64,000 nucleotides of DNA from an uncultured Planktomarina sp. (GTDB lineage Bacteria; Pseudomonadota; Alphaproteobacteria; Rhodobacterales; Rhodobacteraceae): NCBI GenBank assembly GCA_905182425.1, contig CAJJBP010000005.1, positions 24,265 to 88,264 on the forward strand, given 5' to 3'. The notes below the pieces were generated by a model. The model saw only the letters and a program-made list of their open reading frames with translations, ran no database searches and had not been told where the DNA came from. Positions 10,946 to 22,292 of this stretch are shown here, in pieces. The first letter of the stretch is position 1; each line of letters starts with the position of its first letter. A program made the translations under genes and the position numbers.

Positions 10946-13674
10946 TTCTCGTGAGTACGTTACTTATAATATCAGCGCACCGCTCTCTAATTCCTAATAT
11001 CATTTCATCGAAAACCTCGGAAGGATCAAGGTTTGTTATTTTTTCTAAACGTAATTTCCCCCCAATCCCTATTTCTGAGATCCGTCCTTCGGCCACACAC
11101 ATCAAACTATGGAGTATACGTCTATTAGTTAGAGCAGTGTAACTTTGCATCAGATATTTCAAATCTTCTTCAACAAAATGATTGTCCTCTACACCTGATA
11201 CAATTTGTTCCTTTATAGAAGTTTTATAGCATTTCTTATATAAACCAATTGCTTGAGCTATTAACTCAATGTCCTGAATACCTCCGGGACCATTTTTGAA
11301 ATCCCAGGGACTTTTTTGTGGTTTTGATACAGCTAGGCGTTTCCGCATATCTGTGAGACATTGTAAAATATCCGGCCAATTATTTTTTTCTGCTAGAATA
11401 TCTCGGCGGTTTTTTTCGATTTTCTCACGAAGTAACTGTGTTCCAGCCACCGGACGAGCACGCATTAATGCCAAATGCTCCCAAGTCCATGCCTCGTTGA
11501 GCTGATACGTTTGAAACCCAACCAATGATGTCGCTACTGGTCCGGCACGCCCTGACGGCCGTAACCTCATATCAACTTGGTATAAAGTTCCGTCACGCAT
11601 CGGGACTGTTAAAGCCGTAATCAGGGCCTGAGTAAGTCGTGAGAAGTATTGCCGGCAGCTAAGAGGTTTTTGACCAACTGATTTTGCTGCTAAATCTGCA
11701 TCAAAAATAAGAATTAGATCTAGGTCTGAGTTTGAGGTCATCAAACCTGCCCCCAACGAGCCCATCGCCAACAATGCAGTTTCAGCACAATTTATTTGAC
11801 CATGTTTGCGTTCAAACTCTGTGCTCACAAACTCAAATACTATTGATAGAACCGCTTCTGCGAGTTCTGCATATTGCAAGCCGGCCGTGTCTGGCGTGAC
11901 TAGTTCCTGCAATAAGTGGACGCCTATTCGGAAATGTAACTCCTTAGTCCAAACCCTCGCTTCACTCAGTCCCGACTCATAGTCTCCAGACCGCAAAAGA
12001 ACTCTAGATAGCTGTGACTTCAGGGCATCCACGCTTGGCCATGGTTCAAAGAATTCACCACTTAAAAAAGCATCAAACACTCCAGGATTACGTCCTAAAA
12101 ACTCAGCAAGACCAGGGGCTATCACAATAATATCTGTCAAAAAGTCAATAAGTTTTGGATTTGCAGAAAATAAAGAAAATACTTGAATTCCTGCTGGTAA
12201 ACCCTTCAAAAATCGATCAAAACATAAAAGAGCTTCTTTTGGATTTGGAGCAAGCTGTAGCCGTTTTAATATTACTGGTCGAAATCGTTCAAATAAAACC
12301 GTTGCGCGCTGTGACCTCATTGCGGCGTAACTAGGCCAATTCTGTGTTATTTTGGTTTCATCTTCGAAACCAATCTCAGACTCGCTAGCCGGTCCTGGCG
12401 CAAAAAAAGGCTCTGTGATACCATGTACTGAGTTTAAACACTCTTCTGTTTGCTCAACGAATTCATCTAATTCCATGCCGCGAAGACCTGCAACACGCCT
12501 TAGGGCATCCGCGCCCACGGGAATAGTCTGTGTTTGGGCATCATGAACCATTTGAATTACGTGCTCCACATGGCGAAGATAGACATAACTTTTTTGCAAT
12601 AGGGCATTGTGCTCAGACGGCACCCAGTTTTTTGAAGTGAGGCTCACCAAGGCCTTCAAAGTCTGTAACTCCCGCAATTCTGCATCACGACCACCTGAAA
12701 TTAGTTGTCGGGTTTGTGTATAAAATTCTATTTCCCTAATGCCACCACGTCCGAGCTTAACATCATGACCTGGAACAATTATTTTGCCGTGAGCACCAGT
12801 TTTTGTCCTTATTTTCAATCGCAGAGCATGTGCTTCTTCAATAGCCGCGAAATCAAGATGCCGACGCCAAACAAATGGCACCATCTGAGACAAAAATTCA
12901 GATCCAGCTTCCCCGTCTCCCGCACAAACACGCGCTTTGATGAAAGCCGCACGCTCCCATGTCCTGCCAAGACTTTCATAGTAACCCAAAGCTGATGTCA
13001 TTCCCACACAGATTGGAGTGACAGACGGATCAGGTCTTAACCTGAGATCGGTTCGAAAGACGTAGCCATGTTGGCTAACATCATTTAATATCTTTGTTGC
13101 AGTTCGTGTGGCGCGGGCCAAAATTTGTCGTCTATGTGCCGCTTCCCAGGAACCCAAGGATCGGTCATCAAACATGACAATCAAATCAATATCAGAAGAA
13201 TAGTTCAACTCGCAGGCACCCATTTTGCCCATAGCAATTACGAAAACTCTGGTATCAGATGGCAATTTTCCTGATGCAAGGTATGGCGCTAAAGCGGTTT
13301 TAAAAGCCGCTTCAACAGCCTGATCGGCAAAGTCAGTGAGGGCCTGGGTCGTTTGCGTAAGCGTGAGTGCCCCTGAAAGTTCAGCTAAGGCTAAATACCC
13401 AGCAACACGACGTTTAGATTGCCGCAACAGCTCCGCAGTGGCATCGCCCATGTCTTTTGGTACAACATTTTTCAGTGGATTATCCAACAAAACTGCGTTC
13501 ATTACCCAAGTCTGCTCTTTTCGTAGTATGTCACTGAGAAAGGGACTATTACCGCCAATCCCCGATAAGCAGGTCAGAAAAGGCGCCAGTGGCGCCGAAA
13601 TCAGAACTCAAAGCCTGACCACGACTAAAATCGTGAGGGAGTGGTGTACGCCGAATGGTGTCACGAAGTATCAT
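10935..13674 (-). CDS. glnE: Glutamine synthetase adenylyltransferase; N-terminus (MILRDTIRRTPLP..) joined across an extra G near 13560
   Basis: Two nucleotidyltransferase domains (MGKMGACELNYSSDIDL, DLRLRP; MGSLGAG..SDLDL, VDMRLRPSG). The upstream frame was hand-translated. Confidence 0.92.
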
Positions 13675-13764
13675 AAACTTAGATTGGCCAGCAAAGTAAA
13701 TAAGGTCAATAGTACAGAAATGGGCAAATGTTTGAAACGTTTGAAATTAATCAAAATTACAAAA

Positions 13765-13780
13765 TTAACAAAAAATTAAC
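13765..13780 (+). promoter_or_regulatory. CtrA-box-like site
   Basis: TTAA-N7-TTAAC between divergent glnE and ate. The AT-rich context lowers confidence. Confidence 0.35.
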
Positions 13781-13895
13781 TTTTATCCTTGGGGTTTTGT
13801 CACTATTGGGCTCTAAATTATTGTTAAATATTTTTTAATTTCTACCTTGGCTCCAAGGCTTAGGGTTGTTAACTTCGTGTGAAAGAGGTCTAAAG

Positions 13896-14714
13896 ATGCG
13901 TCACACAGCCCCAATTGTTCCGCAGTTCTATGTTACTACAGCGCAACCATGTCCTTATCTATCAGGACGTATGGAACGCAAGTTATTTACATCTTTGCAA
14001 GGTAATAGTTCTCAAGAATTAAGCAATGTTCTTTCTAAACAGGGCTTTAGACGTTCGCAAAATATTGTTTACCGGCCCGCCTGCGCGTCTTGCACAGCAT
14101 GCTTCTCAGCGAGAATAAAGGTGTCTAATTTTCACCTAAGTAAAAGTCAGAAAAGAATTTCTAATAAAAATAACTCTCTGAATCGAAATGAAAAATCTCC
14201 ATGGGCAACGGAAGAGCAGTTTGAGTTGTTTCGCAAATACCTTGATAACCGTCACGCAGATGGTGGCATGGCTGATATGGATATTTTTGAATTTGCAGCA
14301 ATGATTGAAGAGTCATCGGTTCGAAGCCGCGTGCTGGAATACACCAATACAAAAAACGAGCTTGACGCTGTGTGTCTCACAGATTTTTTAGACGATGGGC
14401 TATCTTTAGTTTATAGCTTTTTCAACACGGAAAAAGCACAGTTTTCGCTTGGGACTTATATGATATTAGATCACGTAAAATTAGCCAAGGAGTATAACTT
14501 ACCCTATGTATACCTTGGATACTGGGTTCCTGGTAGTGATAAAATGGCTTATAAGGCCCAATTTTATGGGGTCGAAGTATTTCGCGATGGCATTTGGGAG
14601 CCCGTCAAATCAGATGATGACTATCAAAGTGACGTGCACCCACTGGCTGTCGTTACCATCGCTGAACAAGTGGCGCAGATTAATCTTCCTGGGGCAACTC
14701 CTATCGTTAAGTAA
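13896..14714 (+). CDS. ate: Arginyltransferase / Asp-Glu leucyltransferase (Ate/Bpt)
   Basis: [35 protein letters not shown]. Confidence 0.9.
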   Translation: MRHTAPIVPQFYVTTAQPCPYLSGRMERKLFTSLQGNSSQELSNVLSKQGFRRSQNIVYRPACASCTACFSARIKVSNFHLSKSQKRISNKNNSLNRNEKSPWATEEQFELFRKYLDNRHADGGMADMDIFEFAAMIEESSVRSRVLEYTNTKNELDAVCLTDFLDDGLSLVYSFFNTEKAQFSLGTYMILDHVKLAKEYNLPYVYLGYWVPGSDKMAYKAQFYGVEVFRDGIWEPVKSDDDYQSDVHPLAVVTIAEQVAQINLPGATPIVK

Positions 14715-14777
14715 GCAAAATTTTCAAAAGCTGTAGATAAGAAAACGGCGCCCAGTATCTTCTCATTGCTAATTTAC

Positions 14778-17135
14778 TTATCCACTTAAAAGGTTTGGAA
14801 TAATTGTTACGACCCAAGGAAACCAGAACAATAATAAGAGCCCCACAACTTGGATTAAAACGAATGGAATAATTCCGCGATAGATGTGACCGGTAGTGAC
14901 TTCTTTTGGAGCTACGCCCCTTAGATAGAATAGTGCAAATCCAAATGGCGGCGTTAAGAAAGACGTTTGAAGATTGATCGCAATCATTATTGTGACCCAC
15001 TTTGGATCCATCGTGCCACCGTAAATCACTGGTCCCACAATCGGGATCACGATGTAGATGATCTCGAGAAAATCGAGTACAAACCCCAAGATAAACAACA
15101 CCAACATCACTATCAAAAAGACCGTAAACTCATTATCAAAGCTCTTGAGGAAGTCCTGAATATAATGCTCGCCGCCAAAGCTGATGACCACAAGATTTAG
15201 TAATTGCGATCCAATCAAAATGGTAAACACCATCGAGGTTACTTTGGCAGTCTCGCGCACCACGGGACTGAGCACACCGGAGCGGAACAGCGTCCAACAG
15301 GCATAAATTAAACCAAACAGGGCATATAAGTATGCAGCCTGTGCAACAAAAAATGCAATCCAATTTTCAGCAGATGCGCCCTCATAGCGAATTCTCAAAT
15401 CAAAGTTCATGCCGACCAGTAACATAATCACCAATGCAAAAGCAGATCCAATGATAATTTTGGGTGACTTGTTCTCATCTTTCAGCTTGCGGAAGGCCGC
15501 CAGCATAATCGCCCCACCTGCCCCCAAAGCCGCGGCTGGGGTTGGGTTAGTGATGCCGCCAAGGATAGACCCCAAAACCGCCACAATCAGAATTAGCGGT
15601 GGGAACACCACCCGGATCAGCTCGTTTTCAGCCAAACGGACAACCGCCGTGCGCAGACCATACAGGATCAACACTATTGGCGGGACCAACAAGATCAGAG
15701 TGACACCCGGAGAGGTCAGTGGGCTTATCAACACTATGTCAAACAGTATAGTAAAAGCCACCCCTGCAAAGCCAACCACCAGGGGGCGGAAATCTTGGCT
15801 TGGCGCCACACCCCGTGCTGTGGTTAAAACCAGGGTCATCAAGATCAACCCAACAGCAATACCTAAACCAATCGGAGCCGCATCGCTAACCCGAGTGGCG
15901 ATATTAGTATCGATCTCATCGTCAGTCAAAGCGCGGCTTTGAACGGCACCGCCAGAATCCGCAATCGCTTGCTGCTCGGAGATAGCGACATCCCAGGCCT
16001 CTTGTCCGTGCAAATCAATCATCGACACCTGACAGTCCGCCCCCACATTGGTGCGAAGAGACGCGCCCTCGCTCAGAGCCGAGCGTGACGAAACAGAGAT
16101 ATCCTGCGAGCCAATCATATTGACCTGCCCCAAAAGAATGGCGCCACCGATCAACGCAATTGGAGCGGCCAAGAACCACTGCAAACCATGATTGCGACCA
16201 ATCGGTTCACCAGAACCGCCACCCATCTTAACCGCTGGGGCCTTGGTTGGATTGAACAAAGCATAGACAAAGGCATAGCCCGCATAGAGGACAGCCAGCA
16301 TGATTCCGGGCAAAAGAGCTGCCTGAAACAGTGTGCCAACAGATACAACAGCAGGTTCGCCCAAATAGGTCAAAGCATCGGTACAGCCCGCAGTTCGCGC
16401 CCGAACTTCTTGAGCTCGGGAATATAGATCTCCAGCAAGAGTACCAAGCAATACGATTACAATTGAAGGTGGTATAATCTGTCCAAGTGTACCTGAGGCC
16501 GCAATCACTCCCGTTGATAGCTCTGGTGAATATCCATTTCGCAGCATCGTGGGCAGGCTCAGCAAGCCCATGGTCACAACCGTGGCCCCCACAATCCCCG
16601 TAGAGGCGGCCAAAAATGCCCCCACGACCACAACGGAGACCGCCAAACCTCCCGGCAGAGGGCCAAACACCCGCGCCATAGTTGTCAGCAAGTCATTGGC
16701 AATCTTTGAGCGTTCAAGGGTAATGCCCATCAAAACAAACATCAGAACGGCCAGCAATGTCTCAATCGACTGCCCTGCCAGAACCCGCTCGTTGATCCGG
16801 TTCACAATGAAAGACACATTGCGATCTAGAGCCACTTCCCAACCTTTTTGAAATACAGGCAACTCGATACGCGGCAATTCGGGGTATCGAAACACGCTAA
16901 TCGTATCCGCTCGAACGCCCTGGCCCATTAAGGCTCCAAATTCCGCTGATGATTTATCAATAGCTTGATGCAGCAACAGACCGCTGGTGTCCAAAACAGC
17001 AATAATCCCAAAAGAGATCACTGCAGCCCCTCCAATGGCAAAGGCCACTGGGAATCCAGATAGAATTCCCCCGAACAGGCAGAGAAATACGATCAATAGG
17101 CCTACTTCGACGCCATCTAATCCAAAAAACATCAT
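14778..17135 (-). CDS. dctM: TRAP transporter large permease with long insertions
   Basis: AASGTLGQIIPPS, NLQTSFLTPPFGFALFYLRG; many TM segments. Confidence 0.92.
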   Translation of the reverse strand: MMFFGLDGVEVGLLIVFLCLFGGILSGFPVAFAIGGAAVISFGIIAVLDTSGLLLHQAIDKSSAEFGALMGQGVRADTISVFRYPELPRIELPVFQKGWEVALDRNVSFIVNRINERVLAGQSIETLLAVLMFVLMGITLERSKIANDLLTTMARVFGPLPGGLAVSVVVVGAFLAASTGIVGATVVTMGLLSLPTMLRNGYSPELSTGVIAASGTLGQIIPPSIVIVLLGTLAGDLYSRAQEVRARTAGCTDALTYLGEPAVVSVGTLFQAALLPGIMLAVLYAGYAFVYALFNPTKAPAVKMGGGSGEPIGRNHGLQWFLAAPIALIGGAILLGQVNMIGSQDISVSSRSALSEGASLRTNVGADCQVSMIDLHGQEAWDVAISEQQAIADSGGAVQSRALTDDEIDTNIATRVSDAAPIGLGIAVGLILMTLVLTTARGVAPSQDFRPLVVGFAGVAFTILFDIVLISPLTSPGVTLILLVPPIVLILYGLRTAVVRLAENELIRVVFPPLILIVAVLGSILGGITNPTPAAALGAGGAIMLAAFRKLKDENKSPKIIIGSAFALVIMLLVGMNFDLRIRYEGASAENWIAFFVAQAAYLYALFGLIYACWTLFRSGVLSPVVRETAKVTSMVFTILIGSQLLNLVVISFGGEHYIQDFLKSFDNEFTVFLIVMLVLFILGFVLDFLEIIYIVIPIVGPVIYGGTMDPKWVTIMIAINLQTSFLTPPFGFALFYLRGVAPKEVTTGHIYRGIIPFVLIQVVGLLLLFWFPWVVTIIPNLLSG

Positions 17136-17143
17136 CCCTGCCC

Positions 17144-18037
17144 CTAGTGTATTTCTGAGGCCAATTCGGCCACGTCATCTCCGAGGACGTCTCGGTCAAG
17201 ATATTTACCTTCTGCGGCCTCTCCTTCTTTTCGTTCCAGATAGGAGCGATAGAAGAAGGCCACGGCTTGCAACATGATCATCACGCAGAAAATCACGAGC
17301 AAGAGTTTGAATAAGAAATAGGCATTAAAGCCATTGGGCGAAAAGCCTATGGTCTCTACATTCCATTTGAACGCTCGGGATTTTCCATCCACCAAACGTT
17401 GCAATGTGTCACTCGCCGAAACCTTCGGCGTCACCAAATGCCGCCAGAGGAAATACCATGAATACATATAGGTCAGGATTGCCGATGGGATCATGAAAAA
17501 CATGCTACCAAACATATCGATGGTCTTTTTGGCACGATAGCTCACAACCGAATAGACCAGATCAACCCGCACATGCCCACCTTGCACAAAGGTATAGGCA
17601 GCACAGAGACAAACTATCATAGCATTATAGAACTTCAGCTCTTCAGCATACCAGCTGATATCTTTATCTAGGGCAACACCCATGCCAAAAGTGATTTGTG
17701 CCTCGAGGAAAATTCGTTGGATGAACACTATAATAATTTGTTGTAAAACCATTAATAGCCCAGCCCAAGCAGCCAGTCGCCCAACCGTATTGGCAAACCA
17801 TTCCAGCCCGCGCACCACACCCCATAATACTGAGTTACGCCACACGCCGATGATTGTTAGCACCAAGAACGCGGCCATGGCTACGAAAAATAACTCAGCA
17901 GAGGCGCCGTAGTAAATGAAGCGCATCACGGCTTTGCCGTTGTTCCAATCCAGCCACTGCATGGGATGAGTTATAGCATACCCAAAATTGTAAAAAGCTA
18001 TTACAAGACTTTGGAAAAACCAGATAATCCAGTCCAA
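17144..18037 (-). CDS. dctQ: TRAP transporter small permease
   Basis: YTFVQGGHVRVD; lies between the SBP and dctM. Confidence 0.88.
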   Translation of the reverse strand: MDWIIWFFQSLVIAFYNFGYAITHPMQWLDWNNGKAVMRFIYYGASAELFFVAMAAFLVLTIIGVWRNSVLWGVVRGLEWFANTVGRLAAWAGLLMVLQQIIIVFIQRIFLEAQITFGMGVALDKDISWYAEELKFYNAMIVCLCAAYTFVQGGHVRVDLVYSVVSYRAKKTIDMFGSMFFMIPSAILTYMYSWYFLWRHLVTPKVSASDTLQRLVDGKSRAFKWNVETIGFSPNGFNAYFLFKLLLVIFCVMIMLQAVAFFYRSYLERKEGEAAEGKYLDRDVLGDDVAELASEIH

Positions 18038-18090
18038 CTGTCATCCCCCTAAATAACTGGCCTATTCTTTAACTCAGGGGCCAAGCAAAT

Positions 18091-18120
18091 AAAAAAGGAC
18101 TCCAGTTGCCCAGAGCCCTT
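18091..18120 (-). terminator. Intrinsic terminator/stabilising hairpin after the TRAP SBP
   Basis: Minus strand AAGGGCTCTGG-GCAA-CTGGAGTCC-TTTTTT. Confidence 0.75.
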
Positions 18121-18129
18121 AATTTTAAC

Positions 18130-19221
18130 TTAGCCGTTGGCCAAAACACGGTTACGCTGAGACACAAACTCACCATCAGATTTCAAGAGCCAATCAGAAG
18201 ATTTTGCCAAGGATGCGTCGAAAGATTTGCGGATACGCGCAAATAATTCGTCACCCATGTTTTCATCCAGAACTTCTTTGGAAGCTGCACCGAATGCGTC
18301 CCAAACATCATCAGAGAATTGAAGTGTTTGGACACCCTGCGCCTGCAAACGTGCCAATGCGGCGCCGTTGTTGGCCAGAGTTTGTGACAATTGGTATTGT
18401 GTCGTGGCTTTAGTCGCATTATCAATAATGGACTTGTGCTGATCAGATAGATCATTCCAGACATCCAAGTTCATGCCCATTGCAAGGCCTGAACCTGGCT
18501 CATGGAAACCCGCAGTGTAGTAAATTTTGGCAACTTCTTGGAAGCCAGCGCGTTCATCAGCAAATGGACCAACCCACTCAAGACCGTCTAAAGCTCCGGA
18601 GGACAGCGCTTGATAAAGCTCACCGCCTGGGATGTTTTGCACGGATACGCCCAGTTTACCCAAAACCTGGCCACCCAGACCTGGCATGCGGAACCGCAGA
18701 CCCGCTAAATCTTGTGCGGTTTTGATTTCCTTGCGGAACCAACCACCAGACTGAGAACCCGAATTGCCAGCCAAGAACGATTTAAGACCAAAAATTTGAC
18801 CTAGTTCATCATGCAGGTCCTGGCCACCGTCATGATAATACCAGTTTGTAAGCTCTTGAGCCGTGGCGCCAAAAGGCACAGCCGTGAAAAACGCATAACC
18901 CGGGTGTTGGCCTAAGAAATAATAATCAGCTGAGTGGTACATATCAGCCTGACCAGCAGTAACGGCATCAAAAACTTCCAGCGCACCTACCAGTTCGCCG
19001 GGTGCTTTTTTCTCAATTACCAGATCGCCGCCAGACATGGCATTCACTGCTTCATTGAAATAGGTTGCAGCATCATCCAAAACGGCAAAGCCGCGTGGCC
19101 ATGATGTTACCATTGTAAGAGTTTTAGCGTGTCCGCCTGCAATCGCAGGGGCTGCCAATGATGATGCGGCGGCAGCACCGCCACCAAGTGCGGATGTTTT
19201 TAGAAATGATCGACGATCCAT
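18130..19221 (-). CDS. dctP: TRAP substrate-binding protein (DctP/TakP family, Tat signal)
   Basis: MDRRSFLK twin-arginine leader, GLRFRMPGLG, EWVGP. Confidence 0.92.
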   Translation of the reverse strand: MDRRSFLKTSALGGGAAAASSLAAPAIAGGHAKTLTMVTSWPRGFAVLDDAATYFNEAVNAMSGGDLVIEKKAPGELVGALEVFDAVTAGQADMYHSADYYFLGQHPGYAFFTAVPFGATAQELTNWYYHDGGQDLHDELGQIFGLKSFLAGNSGSQSGGWFRKEIKTAQDLAGLRFRMPGLGGQVLGKLGVSVQNIPGGELYQALSSGALDGLEWVGPFADERAGFQEVAKIYYTAGFHEPGSGLAMGMNLDVWNDLSDQHKSIIDNATKATTQYQLSQTLANNGAALARLQAQGVQTLQFSDDVWDAFGAASKEVLDENMGDELFARIRKSFDASLAKSSDWLLKSDGEFVSQRNRVLANG

Positions 19222-19316
19222 AATAATTTTCTCCCAAAAGAATATCAAGAAGTGTTGATCCACTTATCCTGATCGATTGTAAACAGTGCATTCAACGTTA
19301 GCGGCAAGTTGTAAGT

Positions 19317-19371
19317 ATGCTATACATTTAGGCACAAACCTTGCCGGCATGCTATGCATTTAGGCACAAAC
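19317..19371. promoter_or_regulatory. Tandem NtrC-like binding sites (23-nt direct repeat, 32-bp period)
   Basis: ATGCTAT(A/G)CATTTAGGCACAAAC twice; each copy contains TGC-N11-GCA. Confidence 0.7.
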
Positions 19372-19793
19372 GTCGCTTGTAAGCAAACTATCATATATAA
19401 AAATGTTCAGAGACCGACTTACTGGATAAACTAGCTTTATTTTCTCGGCTTTTAACGTGATGGGCTTACCTAACATGCTGGAGCTTTGCTAACTTTAAAA
19501 AAACAGAAAACTAATTATTATTGATTCGAATTTACTTTTCTTTCGCCAAGACACGGTTAAACGAAATTAAAAACTAAAATTAGGTCATTTTTTGTCAGAA
19601 AATTCGATGAAAACGGTTGACGGTCACACAGCGTGATCATAAGTTATTTGAAGAAAATATGGTACTGAATATGAATACGCAGCCAATTTAGTTGGTGGTG
19701 TTACGAAGGGTAGGCTAAAAAGCAGAGTTTATTCTTTGTGGTCCTCTTACTCCAAATATTTGGTTTCTATGCAATGCTAGAAAGAAAATTAAA

Positions 19794-21545
19794 ATGGTTC
19801 AAACTATGTCCGGTGCAAAAATGGTAGTCCAAGCCCTTATAGATCAGGGCGTGGACACTATATTTGGATACCCCGGCGGAGCTGTACTGCCAATTTACGA
19901 CGAAATATTTCAGCAAAATAGTATACGACACTATCTTGTTAGGCATGAGCAAGGCGCGGTTCATGCAGCCGAAGGCTATGCTCGCTCAACGGGTAAGCCG
20001 GGCGTTGTCTTAGTGACATCTGGTCCCGGCGCCACCAACGCCGTAACCGGACTTACTGATGCCTTGATGGACAGTATTCCATTAGTAGTTCTTACCGGAC
20101 AAGTTCCGACTTTTATGATAGGCTCTGACGCCTTTCAGGAAGCTGACACAGTTGGCATAACCCGACCGTGCACAAAGCATAACTGGCTTGTAAAAGATAC
20201 AAATGATCTTTCAGAAACTCTGCATACGGCATTTCACGTTGCAACGGCCGGCCGGCCGGGTCCAGTTTTGATTGATATCCCCAAAGATGTTCAATTTGCG
20301 GATGGAACTTACACACCAGCATCCAAGATTAAATCGCATTATAAACCACAAGTAAAAGGCGACTTTAATAGTATTACCAAGCTTGTAGAGTTGATGGAGA
20401 CCTCAAAAAAGCCACTTTTTTATACAGGGGGAGGTGTTATTAACTCCGGCCCTCCCGCAAGTCAGTTATTACGCGAATTGGTAGCAGGGACAAATTTCCC
20501 AGTTACATCAACATTAATGGGTCTTGGAGCATATCCTGCAAAAGGCGAAAACTGGTTGGGCATGTTAGGAATGCATGGCCTTTATGAAGCTAACATGGCT
20601 ATGCATGATTGCGATCTTATGATTAACATTGGAGCACGATTTGACGACCGCATCACAGGAAGGTTAGATGCATTCAGTCCTGACTCAGCAAAAGTTCATA
20701 TCGATATTGATCAATCTTCAATAAACAAAGTTATCCGTGTTGATATCCCTATTGTTGGCGATGTTGCCCATATACTTGAAGATGTTTTAAAAGTATGGAA
20801 ATCGCGTGGCCGCAAAACAGATGCTACCAATGTAAAATTGTGGTGGAACGAAATTAAAGATTGGAAAAAAATTCGTTGCCTAGACTACAAGCCATCGAAA
20901 AAAGTTATCAAACCACAATATGCACTAGAGCGCCTTGAGGCTCTAACAAAAGATCACGACCGCTATATCACGACAGAAGTTGGGCAGCACCAAATGTGGG
21001 CCGCACAATATCTTGGTTTCAATGATCCCAACCGGTGGATGACGTCAGGAGGTTTGGGCACAATGGGCTACGGTTTTCCAGCTTCTATAGGTGTTCAGGT
21101 TGCCCATCCTGAAAGTTTAGTAATAAATGTGGCCGGTGAAGCTAGCTGGCTGATGAATATGCAAGAAATGGGCACAGCCATTCAATATGGGCTTCCTGTT
21201 AAGCAATTCATATTAAATAATGAACGCTTGGGCATGGTCCGACAGTGGCAGGAGCTATTGCACGGTGAGCGGTATTCACAAAGCTGGTCTGAGGCCCTAC
21301 CCGATTTTGTGAAGTTAGCTGAAGCTTTTGGCGCAAAAGGCATTTTATGCAGTGATCCGACAGATTTGGATGACGCAATTATGGAAATGGTAGAATATGA
21401 TGGTCCTGTAATATTTGATTGTTTGGTCGAAAAACATGAAAACTGTTTTCCAATGATCCCGTCTGGTAAGGCTCATAATGAAATGTTGCTTAGTGATACT
21501 ACCCTTGACGGTGCAATCGACGCTACTGGCTCAGTATTGGTATAA
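19794..21545 (+). CDS. ilvI: Acetolactate synthase large subunit
   Basis: FGYPGGAVLP, RHEQGA, TSGPGATN, SGGLGTMG, LGMVRQWQ. Confidence 0.96.
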   Translation: MVQTMSGAKMVVQALIDQGVDTIFGYPGGAVLPIYDEIFQQNSIRHYLVRHEQGAVHAAEGYARSTGKPGVVLVTSGPGATNAVTGLTDALMDSIPLVVLTGQVPTFMIGSDAFQEADTVGITRPCTKHNWLVKDTNDLSETLHTAFHVATAGRPGPVLIDIPKDVQFADGTYTPASKIKSHYKPQVKGDFNSITKLVELMETSKKPLFYTGGGVINSGPPASQLLRELVAGTNFPVTSTLMGLGAYPAKGENWLGMLGMHGLYEANMAMHDCDLMINIGARFDDRITGRLDAFSPDSAKVHIDIDQSSINKVIRVDIPIVGDVAHILEDVLKVWKSRGRKTDATNVKLWWNEIKDWKKIRCLDYKPSKKVIKPQYALERLEALTKDHDRYITTEVGQHQMWAAQYLGFNDPNRWMTSGGLGTMGYGFPASIGVQVAHPESLVINVAGEASWLMNMQEMGTAIQYGLPVKQFILNNERLGMVRQWQELLHGERYSQSWSEALPDFVKLAEAFGAKGILCSDPTDLDDAIMEMVEYDGPVIFDCLVEKHENCFPMIPSGKAHNEMLLSDTTLDGAIDATGSVLV

Positions 21546-21556
21546 GGATAAAAGAG

Positions 21557-22114
21557 ATGAATGCGTTAAAAATTGACAAAGGCACATCCTCAAAATCCGC
21601 ATATAATATAAGATCAATCCACGGTACAGATGAAGAGCGTCACACGCTTGCGGTAATTGTTGCTAACGAGCCTGGCGTTTTAGCTCGAGTGATTGGTCTT
21701 TTTTCAGGCCGCGGTTATAATATTGAAAGTTTAACGGTGGCTGAGGTTGACCACGAAGGAAACACGAGCAGGATAACTATCGTGACGACTGGAACACCTC
21801 AAATAATAGAACAAATTAAAGCGCAACTTGGAAGAATTGTCCCAGTATATGATGTGCACGATCTAACTGTGGAAGGACCATCGGTCGAACGCGAATTGTC
21901 AATGTTTAAAGTATCAGGTACTGGGGATAAACGAGTTGAAGCCCTGCGATTAGCGGATGTTTTTCGCGCAAATGTGGTTGATAGCACTCTGACGAGCTTC
22001 ACCTTTGAAGTTGTTGGCAGTCCTGAAAAAATCGATGCATTTGGTGAGCTTATGCGCCCTCTTGGCTTGACAGAAATGGCTAGGACTGGCGTTGCAGCTT
22101 TAGCACGTGGTTAA
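21557..22114 (+). CDS. ilvH: Acetolactate synthase small subunit
   Basis: NEPGVLARVIGLFSGRGYNIESLTV ACT domain. Confidence 0.96.
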   Translation: MNALKIDKGTSSKSAYNIRSIHGTDEERHTLAVIVANEPGVLARVIGLFSGRGYNIESLTVAEVDHEGNTSRITIVTTGTPQIIEQIKAQLGRIVPVYDVHDLTVEGPSVERELSMFKVSGTGDKRVEALRLADVFRANVVDSTLTSFTFEVVGSPEKIDAFGELMRPLGLTEMARTGVAALARG

Positions 22115-22292
22115 AAAAAACTGCAAAATAATTAGAACTAACATTTCAAAATTATTCTAATCGCGTGCTTCTATGTGTTTAATCCCGAGTTAAAAAAAAG
22201 TCGCTGCAGGTCGCAGTGGGCAAACTGTTGTCGCGATAAGAAAAGTATTCAAACGCATTTTGATTTTTTGTCTGTGTAGATTGGAGTCTATC

